From contig LUQU01000003.1 in assembly GCA_001628005.1 (NCBI GenBank), positions 14,890 to 78,889 on the forward strand: DNA of 64,000 bases, in the 5' to 3' direction. The translations under genes were made by a program, and so were the position numbers. Source of the DNA: SAR86 cluster bacterium REDSEA-S09_B4 (GTDB lineage: Bacteria > Pseudomonadota > Gammaproteobacteria > Magnimaribacterales > Magnimaribacteraceae). The notes below the pieces were generated by a model. The model was not told the origin of the DNA, searched no databases, and was given only the letters and a program-made list of their open reading frames with translations. This document shows, piece by piece, positions 38,724 through 47,051 of this stretch. How positions within the stretch are numbered: position 1 is the stretch's first letter; every line of letters begins with the position of its first letter.

Positions 38724-39278
38724 TTTATCACTTAGGTATTCAGAGAAGACTATTCCTGCTTTCTTAACGTTTTCACTAAAATCATTCGCAGCACTTTCAT
38801 CAGCAAAATCTGAAATGTACTTGAAACAGGCAAACGGAATGGATTCCTGATAACAGACTTTAGCTATAGCATAAGCCTCCATATCAACAACATCAGCCTT
38901 TAAGCCAATGTCGGATTCAACAAAAGAATCACCAGTCGCACAAATCAAGTTCATATTTATTGTATTAACAGGATGATCTTCAATCTCAATAACCATAGGT
39001 GGGTCTTCTTCAAAAGGAGTTTGTCCTAAGCCTGTACCCAAGGGCCTGGAGTCCATGTCTCGTTGAATAAAATATTTACAATCAATTAATCCTGAGATAT
39101 TGGTATTCAGAGATCCTGCTGTGCCGAAATTTATAATTAAGTCAGGCTTTTCTTCCTTGACTGTTCTCAGGGTTGATAGGGCAGCGTTAATTTTACCTAC
39201 ACCGGTATGATTAATGTCATATTCAGTATTCAAGGAATGTGTTTCTTCCTTAATTGCAGATAAGATAATTACTTTCAT
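38715..39278 (-). CDS. nucleoside phosphorylase family protein, short MTA/SAH-nucleosidase-like
   Basis: 187 aa with GVGKINAA, NFGTAGS and DMEAYAIAKVC motifs that align with MtnN, but with a shortened N-terminal region. Confidence 0.7.
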   Translation of the reverse strand: MKVIILSAIKEETHSLNTEYDINHTGVGKINAALSTLRTVKEEKPDLIINFGTAGSLNTNISGLIDCKYFIQRDMDSRPLGTGLGQTPFEEDPPMVIEIEDHPVNTINMNLICATGDSFVESDIGLKADVVDMEAYAIAKVCYQESIPFACFKYISDFADESAANDFSENVKKAGIVFSEYLSDKSI

Positions 39279-39348
39279 GATGTAGTAAGTACAACTTGAA
39301 GATTATACAAGGCGAAATTTAATTTGTTATAAAAGAGGAGAGGGGATT

Positions 39349-39606
39349 ATGTTTGAAATAAATTTATTTAATACAGCACAAATTTTAGATCAAGGAATAG
39401 CAATAATAGGCACCTTCTTATTAACCAGCTTAAGTGCGAAGACAAGAATGTATGGATTTATAGCTTTTTTATTAGTAAATATTCCCGGTATATATTTATT
39501 GGTCGTAACTGAATTATGGTGGATATTAGCCGTTACACCCGTGTGGTTGTATTTAAACTACATAGGTTTTATCAATAATTACAGAGAACAGAAGGCTCTG
39601 TCTTAA
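39349..39606 (+). CDS. hypothetical small membrane protein (3 predicted TM segments)
   Basis: 85-aa hydrophobic ORF filling an otherwise empty gap, with a GGAGAGGGG ribosome-binding site upstream. I recognise no family. Confidence 0.4.
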   Translation: MFEINLFNTAQILDQGIAIIGTFLLTSLSAKTRMYGFIAFLLVNIPGIYLLVVTELWWILAVTPVWLYLNYIGFINNYREQKALS

Positions 39607-39607
39607 G

Positions 39608-41683
39608 TTAAGCAAAAATATTAATATTCTCTTTAACTACTTTTTCTAAATACGGAGAAGGTGCAAATTCAGGACCAAGTTCTTTTTCCATTTTATTTAA
39701 CCAGTCTAGAACTTTATCAAACCCAACAAGACTACCGTAAAACATAGGTCCGCCTTCATAGACTGGCCAGCCATAACCATTAATCCAAACTATATCTATA
39801 TCACTGGCCCTTATAGCCATGCCTTCTTCTAGAATTTTAAATCCTTCATTAATCATAGGGTATAGACATCTTTCCAATATTTCCTCTTTGCTGATGTCCC
39901 TGAGGCGTATCTGCCTAGCTTGAGCAAAGTCTCTGATAATGGCTTCAACTTCAGGATCAGGTGATTTAACTCTGTTTTCGTCATATAAATAAAATCCTTT
40001 TCCAGATTTTTGTCCAAGGCGGCCCGCTTCACAAAGAACATCTCTTAAAGTTTCACCTTTTGAAGTTTCTTTACTCCACCCAATATCAAGTCCAGCAAGG
40101 TCTGACATAGCAAAAGGACCCATAGGAAACCCAAAGTCAAAGAGAGCGTCGTCTATATCCCAAGGTAAAGCGCCTTCAAGAATTAATTTATTCGCTTCTC
40201 TTTGTCGCTGAGCAAGAATTCGATTGCCTACGAATCCAGGGCAAACACCAACAACGGCAGCTATCTTGCCTATCCTTTTAGCAATTGACATGGAGCTAGC
40301 GACGACTGATTTGGAAGTCTTTTCTCCTCTAACTATTTCTAATAATCTCATGACATTAGCAGGACTAAAGAAGTGAAGGCCTATGACATCTTCTGGCCTA
40401 TTTGTTTCTGCAGCTATCTCATTCACATTAAGGGCTGAGGTATTAGAAGCAAGAATGGCTCCCTGTTTAGCAATACCGTCAAGTTTATTGAAGATTTCCT
40501 TTTTTAACTTCATGTTTTCAAAAACCGCCTCGATAATAAGGTCCTGTGTATTCAAGGATTCAACAGACAACTCGCCGGTTATTAATCCCATTCTTGTTTC
40601 CACATCTTCCATAGAGATCCTTCCCTTATTTGCTGTGTTCTCATAGTTTTTTCTAATAACTGCTAAGCCCTTATCTAATCTCTCTTGATTCTGTTCAACT
40701 ATAGTTACAGGAATACCTACATTAGCGAAATTCATGGATATACCACCCCCCATAGTTCCGGCTCCAATAACTCCAACAGAATTTATCTCACTCACTTCAG
40801 TTTCTCGTGGGATATCAGGAATCTTGTTAACTTGTCTTTCGGAGAAGAAAACATACCTTTGTGCAGCTGACTGAGTACCTGTAACTAGTTTAGTAAAAAG
40901 ATCCCGCTCAACTTTTAAGCCCTCTTCGAAAGACTTGTTAACCGCTGCCTCTATGCATTGAATGTTGTATTCAGGTGCTAAAAAACCCCTAGTTCGTCTA
41001 GCAATCGATTTTCTAAAATCTGTAAATAAAGTGTCGTTTCCTTTGTCTGCCTTAATGTTTTCTTCATTGTCTCTGACTTTAACCAGAGGTCTTTTTTCTT
41101 CAACTATCGTTGTTGCAAATTTAATAGCATCCGCTAACAGATTTTCTTCATTAGCCAATTCATCAACTAATCCCATTTCTAGGCACTGTTTAGCAGGAAC
41201 ATGCTGTCCTGATGTAACCATTTGTAAAGCTTTTTGCGCGCCTACTATTCTAGGTAGGCGTTGTGTCCCTCCGGCACCAGGTAATAATCCAAGGTTCACT
41301 TCTGGAAGACCACATCTAGCTGAAGGCACTGCAATTCGGTAGTGACAGGTTAGGGCAACTTCTAAACCACCACCCAGGGCAGTGCCGTGAATAGCTGAAA
41401 TAACCGGTTTAGGTGAATCTTCTATCATGTCTTGGACTTCAAAAAGTGAAGGGCCTTTAGGGGCTTGACCAAATTCAGTGATATCAGCACCAGCAATAAA
41501 TGTCCTGCCTTCACAAATTAATACAATTGCTTTTGTATCTTCGTCCTCAATGGCTTGTTTAACACCAACATGCAGTCCTTCTCTAACATTTGCGGAAAGT
41601 GCATTAACAGGAGGTGAATTCAAAGTTAGTACAGCTATATTTGATTCTATTTCTAAATTCGTAACTTCATTGATTGCTGGCAT
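39608..41683 (-). CDS. multifunctional fatty-acid oxidation protein: enoyl-CoA hydratase plus 3-hydroxyacyl-CoA dehydrogenase
   Basis: 691 aa. It has an N-terminal crotonase domain (FIAGADITEF, ALGGGLEVAL), a central NAD-binding GVIGAGTMGGGI motif and a 3HCDH C-terminal domain. Confidence 0.9.
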   Translation of the reverse strand: MPAINEVTNLEIESNIAVLTLNSPPVNALSANVREGLHVGVKQAIEDEDTKAIVLICEGRTFIAGADITEFGQAPKGPSLFEVQDMIEDSPKPVISAIHGTALGGGLEVALTCHYRIAVPSARCGLPEVNLGLLPGAGGTQRLPRIVGAQKALQMVTSGQHVPAKQCLEMGLVDELANEENLLADAIKFATTIVEEKRPLVKVRDNEENIKADKGNDTLFTDFRKSIARRTRGFLAPEYNIQCIEAAVNKSFEEGLKVERDLFTKLVTGTQSAAQRYVFFSERQVNKIPDIPRETEVSEINSVGVIGAGTMGGGISMNFANVGIPVTIVEQNQERLDKGLAVIRKNYENTANKGRISMEDVETRMGLITGELSVESLNTQDLIIEAVFENMKLKKEIFNKLDGIAKQGAILASNTSALNVNEIAAETNRPEDVIGLHFFSPANVMRLLEIVRGEKTSKSVVASSMSIAKRIGKIAAVVGVCPGFVGNRILAQRQREANKLILEGALPWDIDDALFDFGFPMGPFAMSDLAGLDIGWSKETSKGETLRDVLCEAGRLGQKSGKGFYLYDENRVKSPDPEVEAIIRDFAQARQIRLRDISKEEILERCLYPMINEGFKILEEGMAIRASDIDIVWINGYGWPVYEGGPMFYGSLVGFDKVLDWLNKMEKELGPEFAPSPYLEKVVKENINIFA

Positions 41684-41862
41684 TTTTACGCTCCGTATTT
41701 AATTATTTTGAAATTACACTCTAGCTTATGATGAGTTTAAATAGTAATCAAATCTTAAAGGATGATCTCATCTCCTCTCATAGAAAGTCTGTGGACCCCT
41801 GCGGTGTAGTTAATTTAAATATTAGGTAGTAATATGAAAGACTTAACTTTTTAGGAGGGATT

Positions 41863-42123
41863 ATGAAATATCTTATTACAACTATGGTCTTTATTTTTTC
41901 CTGTTCTGCTTTTTCAGCTGCTAAATGGGATGAAGCAGGATGTGGAAGAATAGAAGCAGGGGTTGGTCAACTTATTGGAGCATCTGAGTCTATGAGAGGA
42001 CTTTCCGAAGCAGCTGGCAGGGATGGTGATTATAAAGGAGAAGAGGAACTAAGAAAGAGGCAAATGGATTATCTCGAACAAGCTGAAAATTGGTCTTCCA
42101 TATATTCGGCTTTTTGCAAGTAA
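41863..42123 (+). CDS. hypothetical small secreted protein
   Basis: 86 aa with a signal peptide (MKYLITTMVFIFSCSAFSA), two Cys in the mature part and an AGGAGGG ribosome-binding site. I recognise no family. Confidence 0.4.
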   Translation: MKYLITTMVFIFSCSAFSAAKWDEAGCGRIEAGVGQLIGASESMRGLSEAAGRDGDYKGEEELRKRQMDYLEQAENWSSIYSAFCK

Positions 42124-42150
42124 TATTTAAAAGGGCATATAAGAAGAATA

Positions 42151-42197
42151 TGGTGCCCAGAGGTGGAATCGAACCACCGACACAAGGATTTTCAGTC
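42151..42197 (-). repeat. tRNA-Phe 3'-half remnant (47-nt exact copy of tRNA positions 30-76), att-like direct repeat
   Basis: The segment is identical base for base to 43076-43122. The sequences diverge immediately beyond the 47th nucleotide. Confidence 0.85.
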
Positions 42198-42995
42198 TTC
42201 TTGCAGAAAGAAATGTTCTGGATTTATCGAGAATCCTAATCCGCCATAAGCTCTATAACCAATTAGCTCAGCAAGATCCTTAGGAAGTTTTTTTACGTCT
42301 TCTGAAGTTACGTCTAGATATTGATTTTCTTCCTGACGCAACCAACCTAGAGAGTAAGAAAGAATGACTCCATATCTCCAGTCATTAGAAACATTAGCTC
42401 CTGCACCATGCAGAGTTCCTCCCAACCAATACAAGACTGACCCTGCAGGCATTTCTGCCGATAGTATTTCTTCATCTTTTGGCTTTCTATCTTTCCCCCA
42501 TGTGTGACTACCTGGTACCAGCAAGGTAGCTCCATTGTCGGCACGAAAGTCAGTTATTGCCCACATACTTGCAACAATTAGATTCGGTCGCGGAAGATCA
42601 AAAAATGGAAATGGGTCTTCCTCTCTATGTAATATTTGTTTTCGAGAACCAGGACCAACTTCCACAGCAGCACTTACATGAAGTTGATAACCACAGTTTG
42701 AGTTAGGCAATAAAAAATGGTCACAAATTTCCATAGACATTTTATCGATTGCTAGTTTTCCAGTAGTTTCAGATAACGCGACCAAGGCACTCATTCTTCT
42801 AGTATTTCCAGGATAAAAGTCTTCAGGATCATCAATCTGCGCGGGGGACATTTCCATCGCTGGTTCTAGTTCGGTTTTAACTTTCTCTCTTATATTCTCC
42901 GATATGGCATTTTTTACAACCAAACAACCGAATCCTGAAAGGTTTTCTATTTTATCCTGAGTTTTATCAGTTATATCTAAGACAGGTATTTCCAT
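42192..42995 (-). CDS. phytanoyl-CoA dioxygenase (PhyH) family Fe(II)/2-oxoglutarate-dependent oxygenase
   Basis: 267 aa with a PhyH-like pattern: an H-x-D/E region (ILHREED), a distal His (GGTLHGAG) and ATLLVPGSH. The last codon and the TGA stop lie inside the tRNA remnant. Confidence 0.8.
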   Translation of the reverse strand: MEIPVLDITDKTQDKIENLSGFGCLVVKNAISENIREKVKTELEPAMEMSPAQIDDPEDFYPGNTRRMSALVALSETTGKLAIDKMSMEICDHFLLPNSNCGYQLHVSAAVEVGPGSRKQILHREEDPFPFFDLPRPNLIVASMWAITDFRADNGATLLVPGSHTWGKDRKPKDEEILSAEMPAGSVLYWLGGTLHGAGANVSNDWRYGVILSYSLGWLRQEENQYLDVTSEDVKKLPKDLAELIGYRAYGGLGFSINPEHFFLQED

Positions 42996-43075
42996 TTTGA
43001 CTATTTCAAGATTAATTACTCTAACACAGACTATTAAAATTAATATTAAGGCCTAATTTTAAAAAATTTTAGAGA

Positions 43076-43151
43076 TGGTGCCCAGAGGTGGAATCGAACC
43101 ACCGACACAAGGATTTTCAGTCCTTTGCTCTACCAACTGAGCTATCTGGGC
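43076..43151 (-). tRNA. tRNA-Phe (anticodon GAA)
   Basis: The reverse complement GCCCAGATAGCTCAGTTGGTAGAGCAAAGGACTGAAAATCCTTGTGTCGGTGGTTCGATTCCACCTCTGGGCACCA folds as a 76-nt cloverleaf. It has a 7-bp acceptor stem, a CTGAAAA anticodon loop, GGTTCGATTCC in the T arm and an encoded CCA. Confidence 0.93.
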
Positions 43152-43198
43152 AAAATGTGGAGCGGATTGTATACAAATATACTGCCTTAAAGAAGGTG

Positions 43199-43471
43199 CT
43201 ATTCTTTTGGAGGTGTATATCCTTCCGGCCTCGCGTACTCTTCTCCTGAAAGAAATAAATCCATTTGTTCATTTAACCACTTCCTAGCCTCTTTATCCGT
43301 CAGATTAATTTGGCCTTCATTTATAAGCATTTTTTGATGATCAAGCCACTCTTCCCATGCTTGCTTTGAGACATTTTCAAAAATTTCTTGTCCTTTAGGT
43401 CCTGGATAAGGAGGTTTATCTAAACCTGGTAATTCCTTTTTAAATTTTTTACAGAGGACTGATCTTGTCAT
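43199..43471 (-). CDS. yggX: Fe(2+)-trafficking / oxidative damage protection protein YggX
   Basis: 90 aa; the sequence MTRSVLCKKFKKELPGLDKPPYPGPKGQEIFENVSKQAW is a close YggX match. It sits in the conserved mutY-yggX pair. Confidence 0.88.
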   Translation of the reverse strand: MTRSVLCKKFKKELPGLDKPPYPGPKGQEIFENVSKQAWEEWLDHQKMLINEGQINLTDKEARKWLNEQMDLFLSGEEYARPEGYTPPKE

Positions 43472-44502
43472 GGCATTGTTATTTGGTTGATAGTTTTTTT
43501 AACGGGTGCTGGTAACCCTAAGGATTCTACATTTTTGAAGTTAACCCAAACAGTGTTTTTGATTTTTTTACCTTTCTTTACTTTTACGAGATAAGGGATG
43601 GCCTCTAAATTAAAGTGACTGAAATTATGTTTAACTTTTTTGAGTTTTTTTATATTTGAGATATTTGAATCAAAATTACGAGATAGTGCTAACTCTAATT
43701 CCGCTTTTTTTTCGGTTTCTATAAATGACCAAAGACCACCCCAAATTCCTTCTTCTTTTCTTTTTTCTAACAATATCTCTCCAGAGGGGCCTTGAGGTAA
43801 AAGCCAGAGCACCTTTTTGGTAAGTTTTGATTTTCTTTTTACCTTTAAGGGCAGGGTATCAACCAGACCTTCTTTAAAAGCTGAACAATCTTGGTTAACA
43901 GGACAGTTTGAACACAAAGGATTTGATTTAGTGCAAACAGTAGCACCCAAATCCATAATAGCTTGCGTATAAATATCAATTCTATTGCTAGGCAATAGAC
44001 TTTCAGAGATTTGCCATAATTGTTTAGTTGTGGAAGAGGCTTGAAGGTTACCTTCGATTTTAAAGTGTCTTGCCAATACCCTTTTTACGTTACCATCCAA
44101 AATAGGAGCTTTCTTCTTGAAACCCAGGGACAGAATAGCCCCCGCAGTAGATCTACCTATACCGGGTAATTCAACTAATTCATTAATAGAACTCGGGATC
44201 TTTCCTTCGTGGTTAGAGCAGATTAGTTTAGCTGCTTTATGAAGGTTTCTAGCCCTTGCATAATAACCTAGGCCTGACCAAAGTTTTAGAACTTGATCTG
44301 GGGTAGCTTTAGAAAGGCTTTTTACTGTAGGAAACTCCTGAATAAATTTTTTAAAATAAGGTATAGCGGTAACAACTTGTGTTTGTTGGAGCATAATTTC
44401 GGAAACCCAAACTTTGTAAGGAGTGATTTTCTTCTGCCAAGGGAGGTTTTTTCTACCATGCAATTCATGCCAAAGAACTAGTCTGGTACTAAATTTTTTC
44501 AT
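43468..44502 (-). CDS. mutY: A/G-specific adenine DNA glycosylase MutY
   Basis: 344 aa with an HhH-GPD domain (LPGIGRSTAGAI), a 4Fe-4S Cys cluster (CTKSNPLCSNCPVNQDC) and a NUDIX-like C-terminal domain. Confidence 0.92.
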   Translation of the reverse strand: MKKFSTRLVLWHELHGRKNLPWQKKITPYKVWVSEIMLQQTQVVTAIPYFKKFIQEFPTVKSLSKATPDQVLKLWSGLGYYARARNLHKAAKLICSNHEGKIPSSINELVELPGIGRSTAGAILSLGFKKKAPILDGNVKRVLARHFKIEGNLQASSTTKQLWQISESLLPSNRIDIYTQAIMDLGATVCTKSNPLCSNCPVNQDCSAFKEGLVDTLPLKVKRKSKLTKKVLWLLPQGPSGEILLEKRKEEGIWGGLWSFIETEKKAELELALSRNFDSNISNIKKLKKVKHNFSHFNLEAIPYLVKVKKGKKIKNTVWVNFKNVESLGLPAPVKKTINQITMP

Positions 44503-44551
44503 TTAACTGTGATTTTCATACTGATAGCATTCCAGTAAGAATAGTTTAGTT

Positions 44552-45163
44552 TTACATTATGGTTTTAGCTACAACCTCGCCCAGTTTGTTTACTTGGTAG
44601 CAAATAGGCATCCCTGTTGGGATTTCTAGCTTCACTACCTCTTCTGGACTAAGTTTATCTAATTCCATGACAAGAGCACGAAGAGAATTACCGTGTGCAG
44701 CTATTACGATTTCTAAGTTATCAATTAGCAGAGGAAGAATATTATTTTCGTAATAGGGCAGTACTCTCTCGGCGGTCATTTTTAGGCTTTCTCCACCCGG
44801 GGGTGCTATGTCAAAAGATCTTCTCCACTTATGAACCTGGTCATCTCCCCACTTTTTTCTAGCTTCATCTTTATTCAAGCCTGCTAGATCTCCGTAATTT
44901 CTTTCATTTAAAGCTTCATTCTCAACAATTTTTATGTCTTCTTGGGCCATTTGCTTAAGAATAATACTTCCCGTTCTCTTAGCTCTTAACAACACAGAAG
45001 TAAACATAAGGTCGAATTTATAGCCAGATGCCTTTAAGGCCCTACCTGCTATTAAGGCCTCTTTTTCTCCTTTATCAGTTAGGTCAGGATCCTTCCACCC
45101 TGTGAAAAGGTTTTTTTCATTCCATTCACTTTGACCGTGCCTAACAAGAACTAGAGATGCCAT
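44552..45163 (-). CDS. gpmA: 2,3-bisphosphoglycerate-dependent phosphoglycerate mutase (short form)
   Basis: 203 aa with a histidine-phosphatase LVRHGQSEWN motif and an AAHGNSLRAL second catalytic His region. Confidence 0.85.
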   Translation of the reverse strand: MASLVLVRHGQSEWNEKNLFTGWKDPDLTDKGEKEALIAGRALKASGYKFDLMFTSVLLRAKRTGSIILKQMAQEDIKIVENEALNERNYGDLAGLNKDEARKKWGDDQVHKWRRSFDIAPPGGESLKMTAERVLPYYENNILPLLIDNLEIVIAAHGNSLRALVMELDKLSPEEVVKLEIPTGMPICYQVNKLGEVVAKTIM

Positions 45164-45242
45164 TGATAATGTTTTAATCTTCTAAATTAATTCTTTGAAA
45201 GAAACTATTCTAACTCACGAACCTATATAATCACGATCCAAA

Positions 45243-45656
45243 ATGAATACATTCTTTCTATTTATTTCCCAAAACTTTATAGCTGTAACTCTGCTATTGC
45301 TAAGTATTTTGGCTTTGATTGTTTATGAAGGTAGAAAGGGAGGCAAAAAATTAAGTCCAAGCGAAGCAACCAGAAAGATTAACAAAGAAGAGGCTTTGGT
45401 ACTAGATCTGCGACCCTCACAAGAATTTTCTTCAGGGCACATCGCTGGGTCAATTAATATGCAAGAAGATAAATTGGAACAACACTTAACGACTAAAAAG
45501 CACCCCAAAGAGACGCCAATAATCTTGGTTTGTAGAACAGGAATGAATTCAAAGAAATCTGGTATTTCCCTTATTAAATTAGGTTACCTTGATGTCAATA
45601 TAATTGGCGGAGGGATGATGTCCTGGGAAGGGAATGGAATGCCTCTCGCCAAATAA
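45243..45656 (+). CDS. membrane-anchored rhodanese-like domain protein
   Basis: 137 aa with an N-terminal TM segment and a rhodanese domain whose active-site loop is VCRTGMNS. Confidence 0.8.
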   Translation: MNTFFLFISQNFIAVTLLLLSILALIVYEGRKGGKKLSPSEATRKINKEEALVLDLRPSQEFSSGHIAGSINMQEDKLEQHLTTKKHPKETPIILVCRTGMNSKKSGISLIKLGYLDVNIIGGGMMSWEGNGMPLAK

Positions 45657-45665
45657 AAAAATCTA

Positions 45666-47051
45666 TTAATTCATCCCCAAGTCTTTTATTTTTCTAGTTA
45701 GGGTATTTCTGCCCCATCCTAAAAGCTTAGCTGCCTCATTTTTTTTACCCATTGTCTTACCTAATGCGGCCTCTATCATTGTCTTTTCAAATTCAGGCAA
45801 AGCTAGATCCAATAATTCTGTTTCTCCTTTTGCTAGGGAATCTTCAGCCCAAGATTTTAATTTTCCTGTCCATTCCGTCTTAGACTCAGTACTTTCACTT
45901 TTTAGATCAACAGGTAGATCTTCTAATTTAATTTGTCTTGAAGGTGCCATAACGGTTAACCACCTGCACACATTCTCTAGTTGCCTTACATTTCCTGGCC
46001 ACGATAATCTAGAAAAGTAATCTTCTACTTCTTCTGATAAGAATTTGACCTCTTCATTTAATTCTTGGGCACTGATTTTTAGAAAGTGCTTACTAAGAGC
46101 TGGAATATCTTCTCTTCTTTCACTCAAGTTGGGTAAAGAGATTTTTATTACATTCAAACGATGAAACAAGTCCTCCCTAAAAACTCCCTTTTCTACTTGT
46201 TCCTCTAGGCTTTGGTGAGTGGCAGCAATTATTCTTACATCAACCGTTATTGGTTTTCGGCCTCCAACTCTATAAAACTCTCCGTTTGAAAGAACTCTCA
46301 ATAGTCTGGTTTGAGTTTCTAAAGGCATATCTCCGATTTCATCAAGAAAGAGTGTTCCCTCATTAGCTTGTTCAAACCTTCCTATTCTCCTCTCGTCCGC
46401 TCCTGTAAAAGCACCTTTTTCGTGACCAAATAATTCTGCTTCTAATAATTCTTTTGGTATATCAGCCATATTTAAGGCTATGAATGCTTTATCTTTTCGT
46501 GGACTATGTTGAAATAATGCTTGGGCTACTAGTTCTTTCCCCGTTCCTGAATGACCTACCAATAAGACGGTCGAATTTGAATTGGATAATTTTCCTATGG
46601 CTCTAAAAACTTCCTGCATAGCAGGAGCTTCACCAATTATCTCAGCCTTAGGACGACTCTCAGGTTCTTCTTGATCTTCTTCTTCAGAAGTAATTGCTCT
46701 TCTTACAATTTTTATGGCTTCATTTATATCAAATGGTTTAGGAAGATATTCCCATGCTCCATGCTCATAAGACTCGACTGCACTTTCAAGGTCAGAGTGG
46801 GCTGTCATTATTATGACTGGTATATCGGGTCTAATTTCTTTAACTTGATCCAAGAGAGCTAATCCACTGGTACCCGGCATTTTAATGTCAGACAGGATTG
46901 CTCCGGGAGACTCTTCTTCTAGCTTTTTTATGACTTGATGAGCTGATTCAAATGTTTCTACCTTTAAACCGTTTTCTGAAAGTCCTTTTTCAAGAACCCA
47001 TCTTATAGATTCATCATCGTCGACTACCCAAACTAAATTCTTCTCAGGCAT
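45666..47051 (-). CDS. ntrC: nitrogen regulation protein NR(I), sigma-54-dependent response regulator NtrC
   Basis: 461 aa with a receiver domain, an AAA+ domain carrying the GAFTGA motif (EKGAFTGA) and a C-terminal Fis-type HTH. It overlaps ntrB. Confidence 0.92.
   Translation of the reverse strand: MPEKNLVWVVDDDESIRWVLEKGLSENGLKVETFESAHQVIKKLEEESPGAILSDIKMPGTSGLALLDQVKEIRPDIPVIIMTAHSDLESAVESYEHGAWEYLPKPFDINEAIKIVRRAITSEEEDQEEPESRPKAEIIGEAPAMQEVFRAIGKLSNSNSTVLLVGHSGTGKELVAQALFQHSPRKDKAFIALNMADIPKELLEAELFGHEKGAFTGADERRIGRFEQANEGTLFLDEIGDMPLETQTRLLRVLSNGEFYRVGGRKPITVDVRIIAATHQSLEEQVEKGVFREDLFHRLNVIKISLPNLSERREDIPALSKHFLKISAQELNEEVKFLSEEVEDYFSRLSWPGNVRQLENVCRWLTVMAPSRQIKLEDLPVDLKSESTESKTEWTGKLKSWAEDSLAKGETELLDLALPEFEKTMIEAALGKTMGKKNEAAKLLGWGRNTLTRKIKDLGMN

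Larger units (their letters stand above)
42151..43122 (-). mobile_element. putative remnant of a tRNA-Phe-integrated element (islet carrying only a PhyH-family gene, no integrase)
   Basis: A 47-nt direct repeat of the tRNA 3' end flanks 878 bp. The orientation (intact tRNA upstream, partial copy downstream) matches integration at a tRNA 3' end. Confidence 0.35.

Noticed and set aside
41728-41829. 33-aa ORF (MMSLNSNQILKDD...) in the fadB-like upstream gap
   Set aside because: It is short, has no ribosome-binding site and has no recognisable features. It most likely lies in a promoter or 5' UTR region.
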